From: Nonlabens dokdonensis | GTDB lineage: Bacteria; Bacteroidota; Bacteroidia; Flavobacteriales; Flavobacteriaceae | DNA: 64,000 nucleotides | Direction of reading: 5' to 3' | Assembly (NCBI RefSeq): GCF_002162835.1 | Contig: NZ_MAAX01000154.1 | Coordinates: forward strand, 10,496 to 74,495 | Shown: in pieces, positions 49,745-59,496 of the stretch | Position numbering within the stretch: position 1 is the first letter of the stretch | How the letters are laid out: each line of letters opens with the position of its first letter | Notes under the pieces: generated by a model | The model's database searches: none | What the model saw: the letters and a program-made list of their open reading frames with translations, nothing else | What the model was told of the DNA's origin: nothing | Made by a program: the position numbers and the translations under genes

Positions 49745-49925
49745 ATAAAATCGATGAAATGCATGCCGTTTATCGAAAAATTGTATTTTGAACATATGTT
49801 AAGTTACTTAATTCATCGACAAAACACATATATTAATTAACATATGTTAATTAATTTAACTTTCAAAAGTTAAGTAATGATTAAACAAATCATAAAATCG
49901 ATGAAATGCACAATATAAATCGTGC
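49745..49925. promoter_or_regulatory. Repeat-rich operator region upstream of the T9SS gene
   Basis: 19-bp direct repeat ATAAAATCGATGAAATGCA at 49745 and 49892; ATCG half-sites 22 bp apart; 24-bp perfect palindrome 49832-49855. Confidence 0.7.
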
Positions 49926-49969
49926 TAATCTTTGAAACATAAAATATGGATATTTAACCTAGATTTTGA

Positions 49970-51199
49970 TCAATCAACATTCTTTTCTTCAATCCACTTG
50001 CTCAGATATTTATTAGCTTTTTGGGAATGATAAACAAGCATTTGTATACTAAACGAGCCTTCTAATGTGGTGTTATTTTTGTAGGAAAAAAGCAACTGCA
50101 CTCTTCCTAATAAAGCTTTCGCGAAAGCGGAATACGAATAAAACTCCTCCCATATTACCAAATTTTTACCGCTTAGAGCACACCAGTCATTCTCGTTATT
50201 ATAAACCTCTAAACATTTAGAAGCAAAAGCTTCAGGATTATCTTCTACAAATCCATAAGTATCTGATTTGTTAAACATACCTTCTGCTGCAATAGACGTC
50301 ATGGCTACAGGTGTATTTGCTTTCATGGCATCAAATATTTTTCCTTTTTGACCAGCACCAAAGCGCAACGGAGCTAATAGCAAGCGGTATTTACTTATAG
50401 TTTCTACTGCATCAACTGCATAACCTTTAATGATAAAGCCCAATTGAATGTCATTTAATTGATATATCGCTTGATTTTGGTATGCTCCATATACATGAAC
50501 TTCTACATTTGGGTTGTTTTTTCTAATTTTTGGCCATATAAAGTTTCTCATATAAAATATAGCATCGTAATTAGGCTTGTGCAAAGAATTGCCTATCATG
50601 ACCATATGTGACCTTTCTGAAAAAGTCGTGGCCTTTTCTCTGGCCGCCAGTATTTCTTTTTGATCGATTAAAAAAGGAATGTAAAATACCTTAGAGGCAT
50701 CCATGTCAAATGCGTCCAGTAATAATTGGTATTCTGTCAATGAAATAATCAAGGATAAATCGCATCTATGAATCGCGGCTATCTCGCGCATTGCTACCTC
50801 TGTATACAAATTTATTTTGTTATTTTTCTTAAATGCTTCTTCTCTAGCCTTCCTTAGAAAGTGTAAATCTTCTGTATCGAGTATATGTTTTGTGTGCGGA
50901 GCATTTTCTTTAACACGCCAGCTGTACTGCTCTTCCATCATAAATCGATCATACAGTACGACATCTGGTTGTAACTTTTGAATATAAGTGTCAAAAGAAG
51001 AGTTATTCAATTTTATTTCTTGTTCTGTAATATTTAATCCGGTTAAGTCTACCGAATAATCAGATTTTGCTGCGGCACTTGCAAAATGGACCTCATAACC
51101 ATCACTTTGAAAAATTTTCAATAATTGTAATAATCTAGTTCCAGCAGCGGTTGTGGTAGGTTCTGGCCAGTTATTTCCTATTACTAACAGTCGTTTCAT
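49970..51199 (-). CDS. Glycosyltransferase (GT-B, family 4-like)
   Basis: WPEP..TAAG, LDTEDLHFLR, HKPNYDA, APLRFGAGQKGK. Confidence 0.85.
   Translation of the reverse strand: MKRLLVIGNNWPEPTTTAAGTRLLQLLKIFQSDGYEVHFASAAAKSDYSVDLTGLNITEQEIKLNNSSFDTYIQKLQPDVVLYDRFMMEEQYSWRVKENAPHTKHILDTEDLHFLRKAREEAFKKNNKINLYTEVAMREIAAIHRCDLSLIISLTEYQLLLDAFDMDASKVFYIPFLIDQKEILAAREKATTFSERSHMVMIGNSLHKPNYDAIFYMRNFIWPKIRKNNPNVEVHVYGAYQNQAIYQLNDIQLGFIIKGYAVDAVETISKYRLLLAPLRFGAGQKGKIFDAMKANTPVAMTSIAAEGMFNKSDTYGFVEDNPEAFASKCLEVYNNENDWCALSGKNLVIWEEFYSYSAFAKALLGRVQLLFSYKNNTTLEGSFSIQMLVYHSQKANKYLSKWIEEKNVD
50114..50129. repeat. 16-bp palindrome variant (in glycosyltransferase, AFAKA)
   Basis: AGCTTTCGCGAAAGCG, 1 mismatch. 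Confidence 0.9.
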
Positions 51200-51464
51200 A
51201 CGACAAAGCTATACTTATTGTTTCATATATATGTAATTTGGTTTTTGAAATATTTGTAATGTGAAATGGAAAATGTCAATACAAACTGACGGTTCTGGTA
51301 CCGTGGCAGATAAGTAGAATAAAGTATCTTCATCGATTTTAGGGATTTTACAATAGCTTACTCATACTGAGTGGCTTTAAAATCTTGTTAATCTTATTAT
51401 CATATTTGCCCCATAAATACGAGGTAAAATATTTACTTTAGCATTTTAAAATTTAAATACTTCC

Positions 51465-52229
51465 ATGGGTAAAATAGTTGCAATAGCAAATCAAAAAGGT
51501 GGTGTAGGAAAAACAACAACAGCCGTTAATCTAGCGGCTTGTCTAGGTGTTTTAGAGAAAAAAGTATTGTTAATAGATGCTGATCCACAAGCAAATGCAA
51601 CTTCAGGTTTAGGGATAGATGTAGAGGCAATATCTCAAGGTACATATCAATTAGTTGAAAATTCTGTAGACCCTAGTGAGCTTATTTTATCCACAGACTC
51701 TCCTAACGTTGATATTATCCCAGCACATATAGATCTTGTTGCGATCGAGATTGAACTGGTTGATAAAGATCAACGCGAGTATATGATGAAGGAAGCCTTA
51801 AAAGAAATTAAAAAGAACTACGATTATATCATTATAGATTGTGCACCATCGTTAGGTTTACTAACTCTTAACGCGCTTACAGCTAGTAATTCTGTACTCA
51901 TTCCTATACAGTGTGAATACTTTGCATTAGAAGGTTTAGGAAAACTCTTAAACACAATTAAAAGTGTTCAAAAAATACATAATACAGAACTTGATATAGA
52001 AGGACTATTATTAACCATGTATGATAGTAGGTTGCGATTATCAAATCAAGTTGTAGAAGAAGTAAATCAACATTTTGAAGGGTTAACATTTAAGACAATC
52101 ATTCAAAGAAATGTACGTTTAAGTGAAGCACCTTCATATGGAGAAAGCATTATTAACTATGATGCATCTAGTAAAGGCTCAGAAAATTACTTGAGTCTAG
52201 CAAATGAACTTATACAGAAAAACGCTTAA
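51465..52229 (+). CDS. parA: Chromosome partitioning ATPase
   Basis: NQKGGVGKTTT, DADPQANAT, IIDCAPSLG, EYFALEG. Confidence 0.97.
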   Translation: MGKIVAIANQKGGVGKTTTAVNLAACLGVLEKKVLLIDADPQANATSGLGIDVEAISQGTYQLVENSVDPSELILSTDSPNVDIIPAHIDLVAIEIELVDKDQREYMMKEALKEIKKNYDYIIIDCAPSLGLLTLNALTASNSVLIPIQCEYFALEGLGKLLNTIKSVQKIHNTELDIEGLLLTMYDSRLRLSNQVVEEVNQHFEGLTFKTIIQRNVRLSEAPSYGESIINYDASSKGSENYLSLANELIQKNA

Positions 52230-52234
52230 GCACT

Positions 52235-53131
52235 ATGGCCAAGGCAACTAAGAAACAAGCGCTGGGAAGAGGACTATCTGCTCTATTAAAAGACCCTAGC
52301 AACGACATAAAATCGGCAGAGGATAAAAATGCCGATCAAATAGTAGGAAACGTGATCGATCTTCCTTTAAAGGATATAGACATGAATCCTTTTCAACCTA
52401 GAACCAGCTTTAATGAAGAGCACTTGCGTGAACTTGCCAGCTCAATAAGTGAACTAGGTGTGATACAGCCTATCACAGTGCGCAAAAAAGGATTTGGAAA
52501 ATATGAGCTGGTTTCTGGTGAACGTAGATGTCGTGCTTCAAAATTGCTCGGTATAGAAACCATTCCTGCATATGTGCGTATTGCAAACGATCAAGAATCT
52601 TTAGAAATGGCACTGGTAGAAAATATCCAGCGTCAAGATCTAGACCCTATTGAAATTGCACTTTCCTATCAGAGGTTAATTGAAGAAATAGACCTTACAC
52701 AAGAGCAAATGAGCGATCGTGTAGGTAAATCTCGTAGTGCTATTGCAAATTATTTAAGGCTTTTGAAATTGGATCCTATCATACAGACTGGTATGAGAGA
52801 TGGATTTATTTCTATGGGCCATGGTCGTGCTTTAATTAATTTAGAAAGTTTAGAGCAACAATTAGATGTATATCAAAAAATTCTTGCCGACAGCCTTTCT
52901 GTAAGAGAAACAGAGAAATTAGTTAAGGATTTAAAAGGAGGCACGCTTTCGCGAAAGCAAACTAAAAAGAACTCATTGCCAGAAAATGTGGCTGAGAAAA
53001 CAAGCCATTTGAATTCATTTCTGGACACCAAAGTTACTACTACGATGTCCAGCTCTGGAAAGGGAAAAATTACTATCAATTATGCCTCAAAAGCAGACTT
53101 TGAACGCATAGTAAAATTGATTAATGAATAA
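52235..53131 (+). CDS. parB: Chromosome partitioning protein
   Basis: LGRGLSAL, NPFQPR, GERRCRA, LVENIQRQDL, HTH GKSRSAIANYLRL. Confidence 0.97.
   Translation: MAKATKKQALGRGLSALLKDPSNDIKSAEDKNADQIVGNVIDLPLKDIDMNPFQPRTSFNEEHLRELASSISELGVIQPITVRKKGFGKYELVSGERRCRASKLLGIETIPAYVRIANDQESLEMALVENIQRQDLDPIEIALSYQRLIEEIDLTQEQMSDRVGKSRSAIANYLRLLKLDPIIQTGMRDGFISMGHGRALINLESLEQQLDVYQKILADSLSVRETEKLVKDLKGGTLSRKQTKKNSLPENVAEKTSHLNSFLDTKVTTTMSSSGKGKITINYASKADFERIVKLINE
52944..52959. repeat. 16-bp palindrome variant (in parB, LSRK frame)
   Basis: CGCTTTCGCGAAAGCA, 1 mismatch. Confidence 0.9.
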
Positions 53132-53708
53132 ATATTTATTTTACATATTTATATTTATTTGCTTTCAAGGATGGTCGCAAACAGATCCTGATACCACTGT
53201 GGATCTTAACGATATTATCGTGGCTAAAGACAGTATTTCCAGAGTTTATGATGCAAACCGCCCATCTAAGGCTGCTTTTTACAGTGCTGTGGTTCCTGGA
53301 TTAGGTCAAGCATACAATAAAAAATACTGGAAGATACCACTAGCTCTAGCAGCAGTAGGAATTCCTGTTTACGTATACACTGTAAATGATAAAGAATACA
53401 ACAGGTTTAGGGATGCTTTTAGAATACGTCTCGCCGGTGGTACTAATGACGAGTTCTCTAATGAAGATGGTACTCCCATAATTACTACAGCAGCTCTGGA
53501 AAGAGCACAAAGAAATTCACAGCGCAATAAGGAGTTGAGTATATTATTTACCGCAGGACTGTATGTGTTGCAAATAATTGATGCTAACGTAGATGGACAT
53601 CTAAGTCAGTTTAATGTAGATCGCAACTTGAGCGTTTTACCGTATATAGATTATAACACTCTTGCTATAGGAAACACCTACGGCTTTAATTTAAGTTATT
53701 CTTTTTAA
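53124..53708 (+). CDS. DUF5683 family protein
   Basis: PSKAAFYSAVVPGLGQAYNKKYWKIP, IIDANVDGHL. Confidence 0.85.
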   Translation: MNKYLFYIFIFICFQGWSQTDPDTTVDLNDIIVAKDSISRVYDANRPSKAAFYSAVVPGLGQAYNKKYWKIPLALAAVGIPVYVYTVNDKEYNRFRDAFRIRLAGGTNDEFSNEDGTPIITTAALERAQRNSQRNKELSILFTAGLYVLQIIDANVDGHLSQFNVDRNLSVLPYIDYNTLAIGNTYGFNLSYSF

Positions 53709-53709
53709 A

Positions 53710-54414
53710 ATGAAAATTGCACTTTTAGGTTATGGTAAAATGGGTAAAACCATTGAACGTATCGCGTTAGAACGTGGTCATAGTATCATAGCAAAGTTAG
53801 GGCGTAAAGATTCTATAATAGATGGAATTTCTAATGCCGATTTAGTCATAGAATTCACAAGTCCAGAGAGCGTTCTTGATAACCTTTACAAAGTAATTCC
53901 CACAGGTATCCCATTGGTTTGTGGTACCACAGGATGGAACGATCACCTAAGCGATATTGAAAAATTAGTAGCTGAAAATAATGGAAGTATGGTGCATGCT
54001 TCTAATTTTAGTTTAGGAGTAAATTTGTTTTTTGAGTTGAATAAAAAATTAGCTCAAATGATGCATTCTTTTCCTGAATATGATGTGAGCATGCAAGAAA
54101 TTCATCACACAGAGAAAAAAGATGCGCCTAGTGGAACTGCGATTACTTTGTTTGAAGGTATTTCAGAAAAATTAGATAAAAAAGAGTGGCATTTAGGTAA
54201 GCAGTCTAACGAGCAGTCTATTGCGATAGAAGCGTTGAGAGAAGAAGATGTAAAAGGAACTCATAGCGTTCTTTACAAAAACGAAATAGATAGTATAGAG
54301 ATTATACATAAAGCAAACACCAGAGATGGATTTGCACTAGGTAGTATCATTGCTGCTGAATGGATTAGTAATAAAAAAGGAATATATACCATGAAAGATG
54401 TTTTAGGATTGTAA
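53710..54414 (+). CDS. dapB: 4-hydroxy-tetrahydrodipicolinate reductase
   Basis: GYGKMG, GTTGW, EIHHTEKKDAPSGTA. Confidence 0.96.
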   Translation: MKIALLGYGKMGKTIERIALERGHSIIAKLGRKDSIIDGISNADLVIEFTSPESVLDNLYKVIPTGIPLVCGTTGWNDHLSDIEKLVAENNGSMVHASNFSLGVNLFFELNKKLAQMMHSFPEYDVSMQEIHHTEKKDAPSGTAITLFEGISEKLDKKEWHLGKQSNEQSIAIEALREEDVKGTHSVLYKNEIDSIEIIHKANTRDGFALGSIIAAEWISNKKGIYTMKDVLGL

Positions 54415-54453
54415 CAATCTTGAATCTTATCTTACATACTATAAAATAGTTAT

Positions 54454-56094
54454 ATGAGCTGGACAGAATGGTTAATCACATTTTTAGTAATCCAATTAAT
54501 ACACGGATTAGGAACATGGAAAATGTATGTGGCTGCTGGATTTAAAGCATGGCAGGCATTTGTACCTGTTCTCAATGCAGTTACATTAATGAAAATAATG
54601 AATAGACCTTGGTGGTGGACTATTTTACTATTTTTACCTGTAGTAAATATTATGATGTTTATTGTAATATGGGTGGATACCTTAAGGTCTTTTGGCTACA
54701 ATAAACCCAAGGATACTTTTTTGAGCGTTGTCACCTTAGGTTTTTACATCTACTATATCAATTACACACAACCTTTAAATCACATTAAAGAGAGAGAATT
54801 AACTCCTAGAACTGCTGCTGGAGAATGGACTAATTCTATTTTATTTGCGGTTATTGCAGCTACCATAGTGCATACCTATGTTATGCAACCATTCATTATC
54901 CCGACTTCTTCTTTAGAAAAAACGTTGCTTACTGGAGACTTTTTATTTGTAAGTAAGTTTCATTATGGAGCTCGATTACCTATGACTCCTATTGCAGCGC
55001 CCATGGTGCATGACACCATTCCTGTTTTAGGTGTAAAAAGCTATTTAGAACGTCCACAGTTGCCTTATATGAGATTGCCTGGTTTTCAAAAAATTGAAAG
55101 AAACGATATCGTTGTTTTTAATTTCCCTGCAGACTCTACTAATACGTATCCTTATGACGATGGAAAATATTATTATAAGCCCATCGATAAAAAGTCTAAT
55201 TATGTAAAAAGATGTGTTGCTATAGCTGGAGATAAAATGTCCATGAAAGATGGAGATATTTTTATTAATGGAGAATTGTTAATTCTCCCAGAGCGTGCAA
55301 AACCACAATTCATTTACAATGTAGTAGCACAACGTATAGACCTGATGGCAGATCGTGCCTATATGATTGAAAATTATGATATAACCGAGAATATACAACA
55401 ACCTGATAGAGATAATAATCCTAACGATTTACAGCTTACTGCTACAAGAGCAACTGTTGAGCGTCTTAAAAATGATGGGGTTATTTCTAGCTATGAGCGT
55501 AGAACGCTAGATGTAGGTGCACCATACAAACAATGGAGAAGAGATTTTAAGGATCCTGAAACTGCATTTTTAAAACCTAACGTTTTCCCGTACGACGGTA
55601 GAACTGGAAATAATAATGAGGATCGTGCAGAGTTTATTATTCCTGCAAAAGGTATGACAGTTGATATTGATCAAACTAATATCGCCTATTTTGAAAGAAT
55701 TATAGAGGTCTATGAAGGTAGTGAGATGAACATCTTTAACGACGTCACTTACAAAGGAAATGAGGTATTTCTTAACGGTAAGCCACTTACTTCATACACT
55801 TTCAAGCAAGACTACTACTGGCTCATGGGAGATAATCGCGGTAATAGTCTAGACAGTAGATTCTGGGGTTATGTACCTTTTAATCATGTAGTAGGAAAAC
55901 CAGTTTTTGTATGGATGAGTTACGATAGCAACAAGTCTTTTCCTAGTGGTTTTAGATTTGAAAGAATGTTTACCACCGTAAATGGATCTGGACAGCCTAC
56001 CTCTTATTTAGTATATTTCTTAGTCGTACTTGCTGGTTATTTTGTGGTAAGAAAGATTATGAAAAATAAGAAAGCTAATAAAGAGAAGTCTTAA
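54454..56094 (+). CDS. lepB: Signal peptidase I with N-terminal membrane (DUF5684-like) domain
   Basis: IPTSSLEKTL (catalytic Ser), YVKRC (Lys), MGDNRGNSLDSRFWG. Confidence 0.94.
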   Translation: MSWTEWLITFLVIQLIHGLGTWKMYVAAGFKAWQAFVPVLNAVTLMKIMNRPWWWTILLFLPVVNIMMFIVIWVDTLRSFGYNKPKDTFLSVVTLGFYIYYINYTQPLNHIKERELTPRTAAGEWTNSILFAVIAATIVHTYVMQPFIIPTSSLEKTLLTGDFLFVSKFHYGARLPMTPIAAPMVHDTIPVLGVKSYLERPQLPYMRLPGFQKIERNDIVVFNFPADSTNTYPYDDGKYYYKPIDKKSNYVKRCVAIAGDKMSMKDGDIFINGELLILPERAKPQFIYNVVAQRIDLMADRAYMIENYDITENIQQPDRDNNPNDLQLTATRATVERLKNDGVISSYERRTLDVGAPYKQWRRDFKDPETAFLKPNVFPYDGRTGNNNEDRAEFIIPAKGMTVDIDQTNIAYFERIIEVYEGSEMNIFNDVTYKGNEVFLNGKPLTSYTFKQDYYWLMGDNRGNSLDSRFWGYVPFNHVVGKPVFVWMSYDSNKSFPSGFRFERMFTTVNGSGQPTSYLVYFLVVLAGYFVVRKIMKNKKANKEKS

Positions 56095-56105
56095 GAAGAA
56101 ATCTC

Positions 56106-56720
56106 ATGCAGGAACTTGTTATTCATCCATCGTATTTTCCTGATGTTATTTCATTGATACATATACACAAGTCAGCTTCTATTACATTTGAAGTGAACGA
56201 TAGTTATGTAAAACAAACCTATAGAAACCGTGCAAATATTGCTGCAGCAAATGGTAAGCTAGCGCTTAACATACCCATAATACATCAAAAAAAAGGACAT
56301 TCTGTTCCTTATGCCTCCATAGAAATAGATCATTCTCAAAACTGGAAGTCTATTCATTTGAAAAGTATAAAAAGTGCTTATTACAGTAGTCCATACTATG
56401 AATACTATCAAGATGAATTAGAAAAATTATACAATGATGTGCCAAAGTCTTTATTGAAATGGAACATAAAGACTACCCTATTTCTACTAGAACATTTGAA
56501 TATAGATAAGGATGTAGATGAAACTACGACCTATATTAATGACACTACAGCAAAGGTACTAGTCACCGCAAAAGGTACTCCTAGCATCGAGCTCGATTCT
56601 TATATTCAAGTTTTTCAAGAAAAGCATGGGTTCCTGCAACCGCTCAGTGGACTAGACCTTCTTTTTAACTTAGGTCCAGCAGCTGGTAGTTATTTAAAAA
56701 GTCAGCATTCTAAAATTTAA
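56106..56720 (+). CDS. WbqC family protein
   Basis: KQTYRNR, AYYSSPYYE, Y.QVF, LSGLDLLFN. Confidence 0.88.
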   Translation: MQELVIHPSYFPDVISLIHIHKSASITFEVNDSYVKQTYRNRANIAAANGKLALNIPIIHQKKGHSVPYASIEIDHSQNWKSIHLKSIKSAYYSSPYYEYYQDELEKLYNDVPKSLLKWNIKTTLFLLEHLNIDKDVDETTTYINDTTAKVLVTAKGTPSIELDSYIQVFQEKHGFLQPLSGLDLLFNLGPAAGSYLKSQHSKI

Positions 56721-56725
56721 GATTC

Positions 56726-57574
56726 ATGAACAACAACTTTGCGCGTTTTAAAGCATTTTATAAAACAGCAAGTTTGTGGTCTGGCTCTCTTTTAGGATTA
56801 CAACAGTTTCCTCTTAAAGAATTTGATTTTTCCTACCTTAATGAAGAAGAGGCATTAGAGTTACCTGCTATACCTCAAGGAACTGTATTAGGCAAAAGAG
56901 CTGAGTACTTTTTTAAATTTTGCATAGAAAAGTGTCAAAATTATGATCTAGTTCTTTCTAACGCTCAAATTTTTAATAAAAAAGTTACCATAGGAGAATT
57001 AGATTATATAGTACAAGAAACTACAACTGGCCAATTAGTTCATATTGAACTGGTCTATAAATTTTATATTTATAATCCAGATTTTCAATCTAGTGAGAAA
57101 GATGATCGTTTAATTGAATTAAGTAAATACAGAGGTCCTAACGGGAGAGATAACTTAATTAGAAAAATCAACCACCTTAAAAACCATCAACTTCCATTAC
57201 TTTATCATACAGAAACTGAGGCGCTTTTAAACTCTCATTCTATATCCATTGAAAACATAAAGCAGCAAGTATGTTTTCTAGCTCATGTATTTATCCCTCA
57301 TAAATTTTGGAATTTTAAATTCAAATACATCAATAAAGCATGTATTGTAGGTTATTATTTTAATATATCCGCTTTCGCGAAAGCGGAAACACAAAACACC
57401 TATTACCTACCAGAAAAATTTGCATGGAAAATGTCTCCTTACCCTACTGCCCTTGAACACACCTTTCAGGAAGTACTTGAAAGCGCTACACAAAGCTTGG
57501 AGCGAGGTTTTGCGCCGTTAGTATGGATGCAACTGGAAACAGGCAAATTCGAAAGATTTTTTATTGTTAAGTAA
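56726..57574 (+). CDS. DUF1853 family protein (PD-(D/E)XK-like)
   Basis: LGKRAEYFF, IGELDYI, HIELVYKFY, GPN.RD.L. Confidence 0.85.
   Translation: MNNNFARFKAFYKTASLWSGSLLGLQQFPLKEFDFSYLNEEEALELPAIPQGTVLGKRAEYFFKFCIEKCQNYDLVLSNAQIFNKKVTIGELDYIVQETTTGQLVHIELVYKFYIYNPDFQSSEKDDRLIELSKYRGPNGRDNLIRKINHLKNHQLPLLYHTETEALLNSHSISIENIKQQVCFLAHVFIPHKFWNFKFKYINKACIVGYYFNISAFAKAETQNTYYLPEKFAWKMSPYPTALEHTFQEVLESATQSLERGFAPLVWMQLETGKFERFFIVK
57370..57385. repeat. 16-bp palindrome (in DUF1853, AFAKA)
   Basis: Exact copy; extends to 20 bp. Confidence 0.97.
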
Positions 57575-57706
57575 ATTATTATCTTATAATAAATTAAGAC
57601 TATAGCTGTATATGTCCATATGATTTGTGATAATGTAAACATCATTTAACTCAATTTTCATTAAAACAGGCGTTACCTACTTGTATCTTTATAAAAAATA
57701 AACGCC

Positions 57707-57835
57707 ATGAACAAAAAATTTGAAAGAAAGACAAAAGACCAACCTTTATCAAGTTTTGGAGATACTAAAACAAAAAATAGAGATTTCAGCTTAGAGACTG
57801 AAACTATTAAAGACAAACAAGAAAAATCTAAATAA
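57707..57835 (+). CDS. 42-aa charged small ORF upstream of dps (not in ORF track)
   Basis: MNKKFERKTKDQPLSSFGDTKTKNRDFSLETETIKDKQEKSK*; A-rich leader; stop 3 nt before the dps ATG. Confidence 0.6.
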   Translation: MNKKFERKTKDQPLSSFGDTKTKNRDFSLETETIKDKQEKSK

Positions 57836-57838
57836 AGA

Positions 57839-58330
57839 ATGAACTACCTAAACTTTGACATAGACAAAGCAAAAGATACTAGTAAAGAATTAAATATATT
57901 ACTTGCTGACTATCACTTATACTATCAAAAATTAAGAAATTACCACTGGAATATTGTTGGGCATTCCTTTTTTGATCTTCATGAGAAGTTTGAAGAAATG
58001 TATGACGATGCAATCATTAAAATTGATGAAATTGCAGAGAGAATCTTAACATTAAGATTTCAGCCTACTTCTAATTACAGTGAGTATTTAGAATTATCAA
58101 ACCTGAAAGAAACTAAATCAGAACTATCTGATAGAGAAATGGTAGATAATTTAATAGAAGATCACGGTCACATTTTAAGTCAGATGACCAAAGTTGTAGA
58201 AACTGCTGACAAGTGTGGAGATGAAGGTACTATTGATTTAATAGGAGCCTATATAAGAGAATTAGAGACTACTTCATGGATGTTAGATGCCTGGAGAATG
58301 AAAACTGAAGACACTAGAAAATCCATTTAG
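57839..58330 (+). CDS. dps: Dps family DNA starvation/stationary phase protein
   Basis: NYHWNIVG, FFDLHEKFEE, DEIAERIL, WML. Confidence 0.95.
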   Translation: MNYLNFDIDKAKDTSKELNILLADYHLYYQKLRNYHWNIVGHSFFDLHEKFEEMYDDAIIKIDEIAERILTLRFQPTSNYSEYLELSNLKETKSELSDREMVDNLIEDHGHILSQMTKVVETADKCGDEGTIDLIGAYIRELETTSWMLDAWRMKTEDTRKSI

Positions 58331-58350
58331 AGTTGTAATTTTATTATTTT

Positions 58351-58387
58351 AAAAATCCCATTTCAATAAATTTGAAATGGGATTTTT
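58351..58387. terminator. Bidirectional terminator
   Basis: AAAAATCCCATTTCAA/TTGAAATGGGATTTTT. Confidence 0.85.
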
Positions 58388-58409
58388 TATGTTTTGAAGT
58401 ATAACAAAC

Positions 58410-59078
58410 TTAATTTCTACGGCGTCTATTGTTAGTATTTCCTCTACCGTTCTTTTTAGTATGCTGCCTTTTATTGCTATTAGATCTAGAGCGGTTGGTA
58501 CTTGTATTACGATAAATTAAGGCTTTTGATTCCAGAAGGTCTTCTTCCTTTGCCGCAAGATTAATTTCTCCATCGCTCAATTCAAATAAATGTTTAAATA
58601 TTACAGAATCATCAACAGAATCTTTATTCCAGTTAAGGAAGGACTTCTTCATATGATTTGCTATGATATAAGCGAGTGCTTCTCTTTTCTCTCCTTTTTC
58701 CCATCCTAAGGCCACGTTAATCATACCTTGAATATTGTTTCCATAGAAACGGTAACGAGGACGCTTTTGTGGATATGCCATTTTCTTAGGTCTTGCCGCG
58801 AGCTCTTCTTTATCTGGTATAGGGTAAGGAGAATCAACATCAAGATCAAATCCTGCTATAACAAATAATTGATCCCAAAGCTTATGTTGAAAATCTGCAA
58901 CATCTCTTAAATGAGGATTCAAGTTACCCATAACGCCTATAATAGCAGTCGCCATGCGGTTGCGCTCTTCCTTTGTTTCCAAGGTTTTACAATGCTCTAC
59001 TAATTTTTGAATATGTCTTCCATATTCAGGTATGACAAGCTGGTTGCGCTCAGTATTGTATTCTAATGATGATATCAA
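58410..59078 (-). CDS. DUF4290 family protein
   Basis: LEYNTER..L.IPEYGR.IQKLV, HKLWDQL, YGNNI; TTG start. Confidence 0.9.
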   Translation of the reverse strand: MISSLEYNTERNQLVIPEYGRHIQKLVEHCKTLETKEERNRMATAIIGVMGNLNPHLRDVADFQHKLWDQLFVIAGFDLDVDSPYPIPDKEELAARPKKMAYPQKRPRYRFYGNNIQGMINVALGWEKGEKREALAYIIANHMKKSFLNWNKDSVDDSVIFKHLFELSDGEINLAAKEEDLLESKALIYRNTSTNRSRSNSNKRQHTKKNGRGNTNNRRRRN

Positions 59079-59139
59079 ATTGAAATGTATTTCTTAATAT
59101 GAAGAGCTGCAAAATACGCAAAATAGTATTAATAATGAC

Positions 59140-59427
59140 TTAAAGTGAAATAACACCTTCAACTTTACTAACCTCTTTATATTTTGCGATGACAGCATCT
59201 GGGTTTTTCATGTTAACGACTATAGAAACACTGGTATAAGTTCCTTTACTAGATTGCTTTGTGTTTATAACCGCTCCGGTATTATTAAAAATATCTTCTA
59301 TATCTTTAATCTGAGTGCCTGAAGATGGCACTATAAACTTATACAAGTACTTTGACGGCCATAAACTAGTGTCTAAAAGTTGACTTTTTAACTTAGCATA
59401 AAACTCGTCTGATTTCTTTCTATCCAT
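59140..59427 (-). CDS. DUF493 (YbeD-like) family protein
   Basis: WPSKYLYKFIVP, SSKGTYTSVS, VEGVISL. Confidence 0.88.
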   Translation of the reverse strand: MDRKKSDEFYAKLKSQLLDTSLWPSKYLYKFIVPSSGTQIKDIEDIFNNTGAVINTKQSSKGTYTSVSIVVNMKNPDAVIAKYKEVSKVEGVISL

Positions 59428-59496
59428 AACTATTGTGCAAATATAATTAATGATACTATCGATTGCTATCCTTAGATTTAGTTATTTTGTAACCTT

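Noticed and set aside
51200-51464. oriC next to parAB
   Set aside because: No cluster of DnaA boxes or DUE repeats is visible; TTATCCAC-like words occur only singly inside CDSs.
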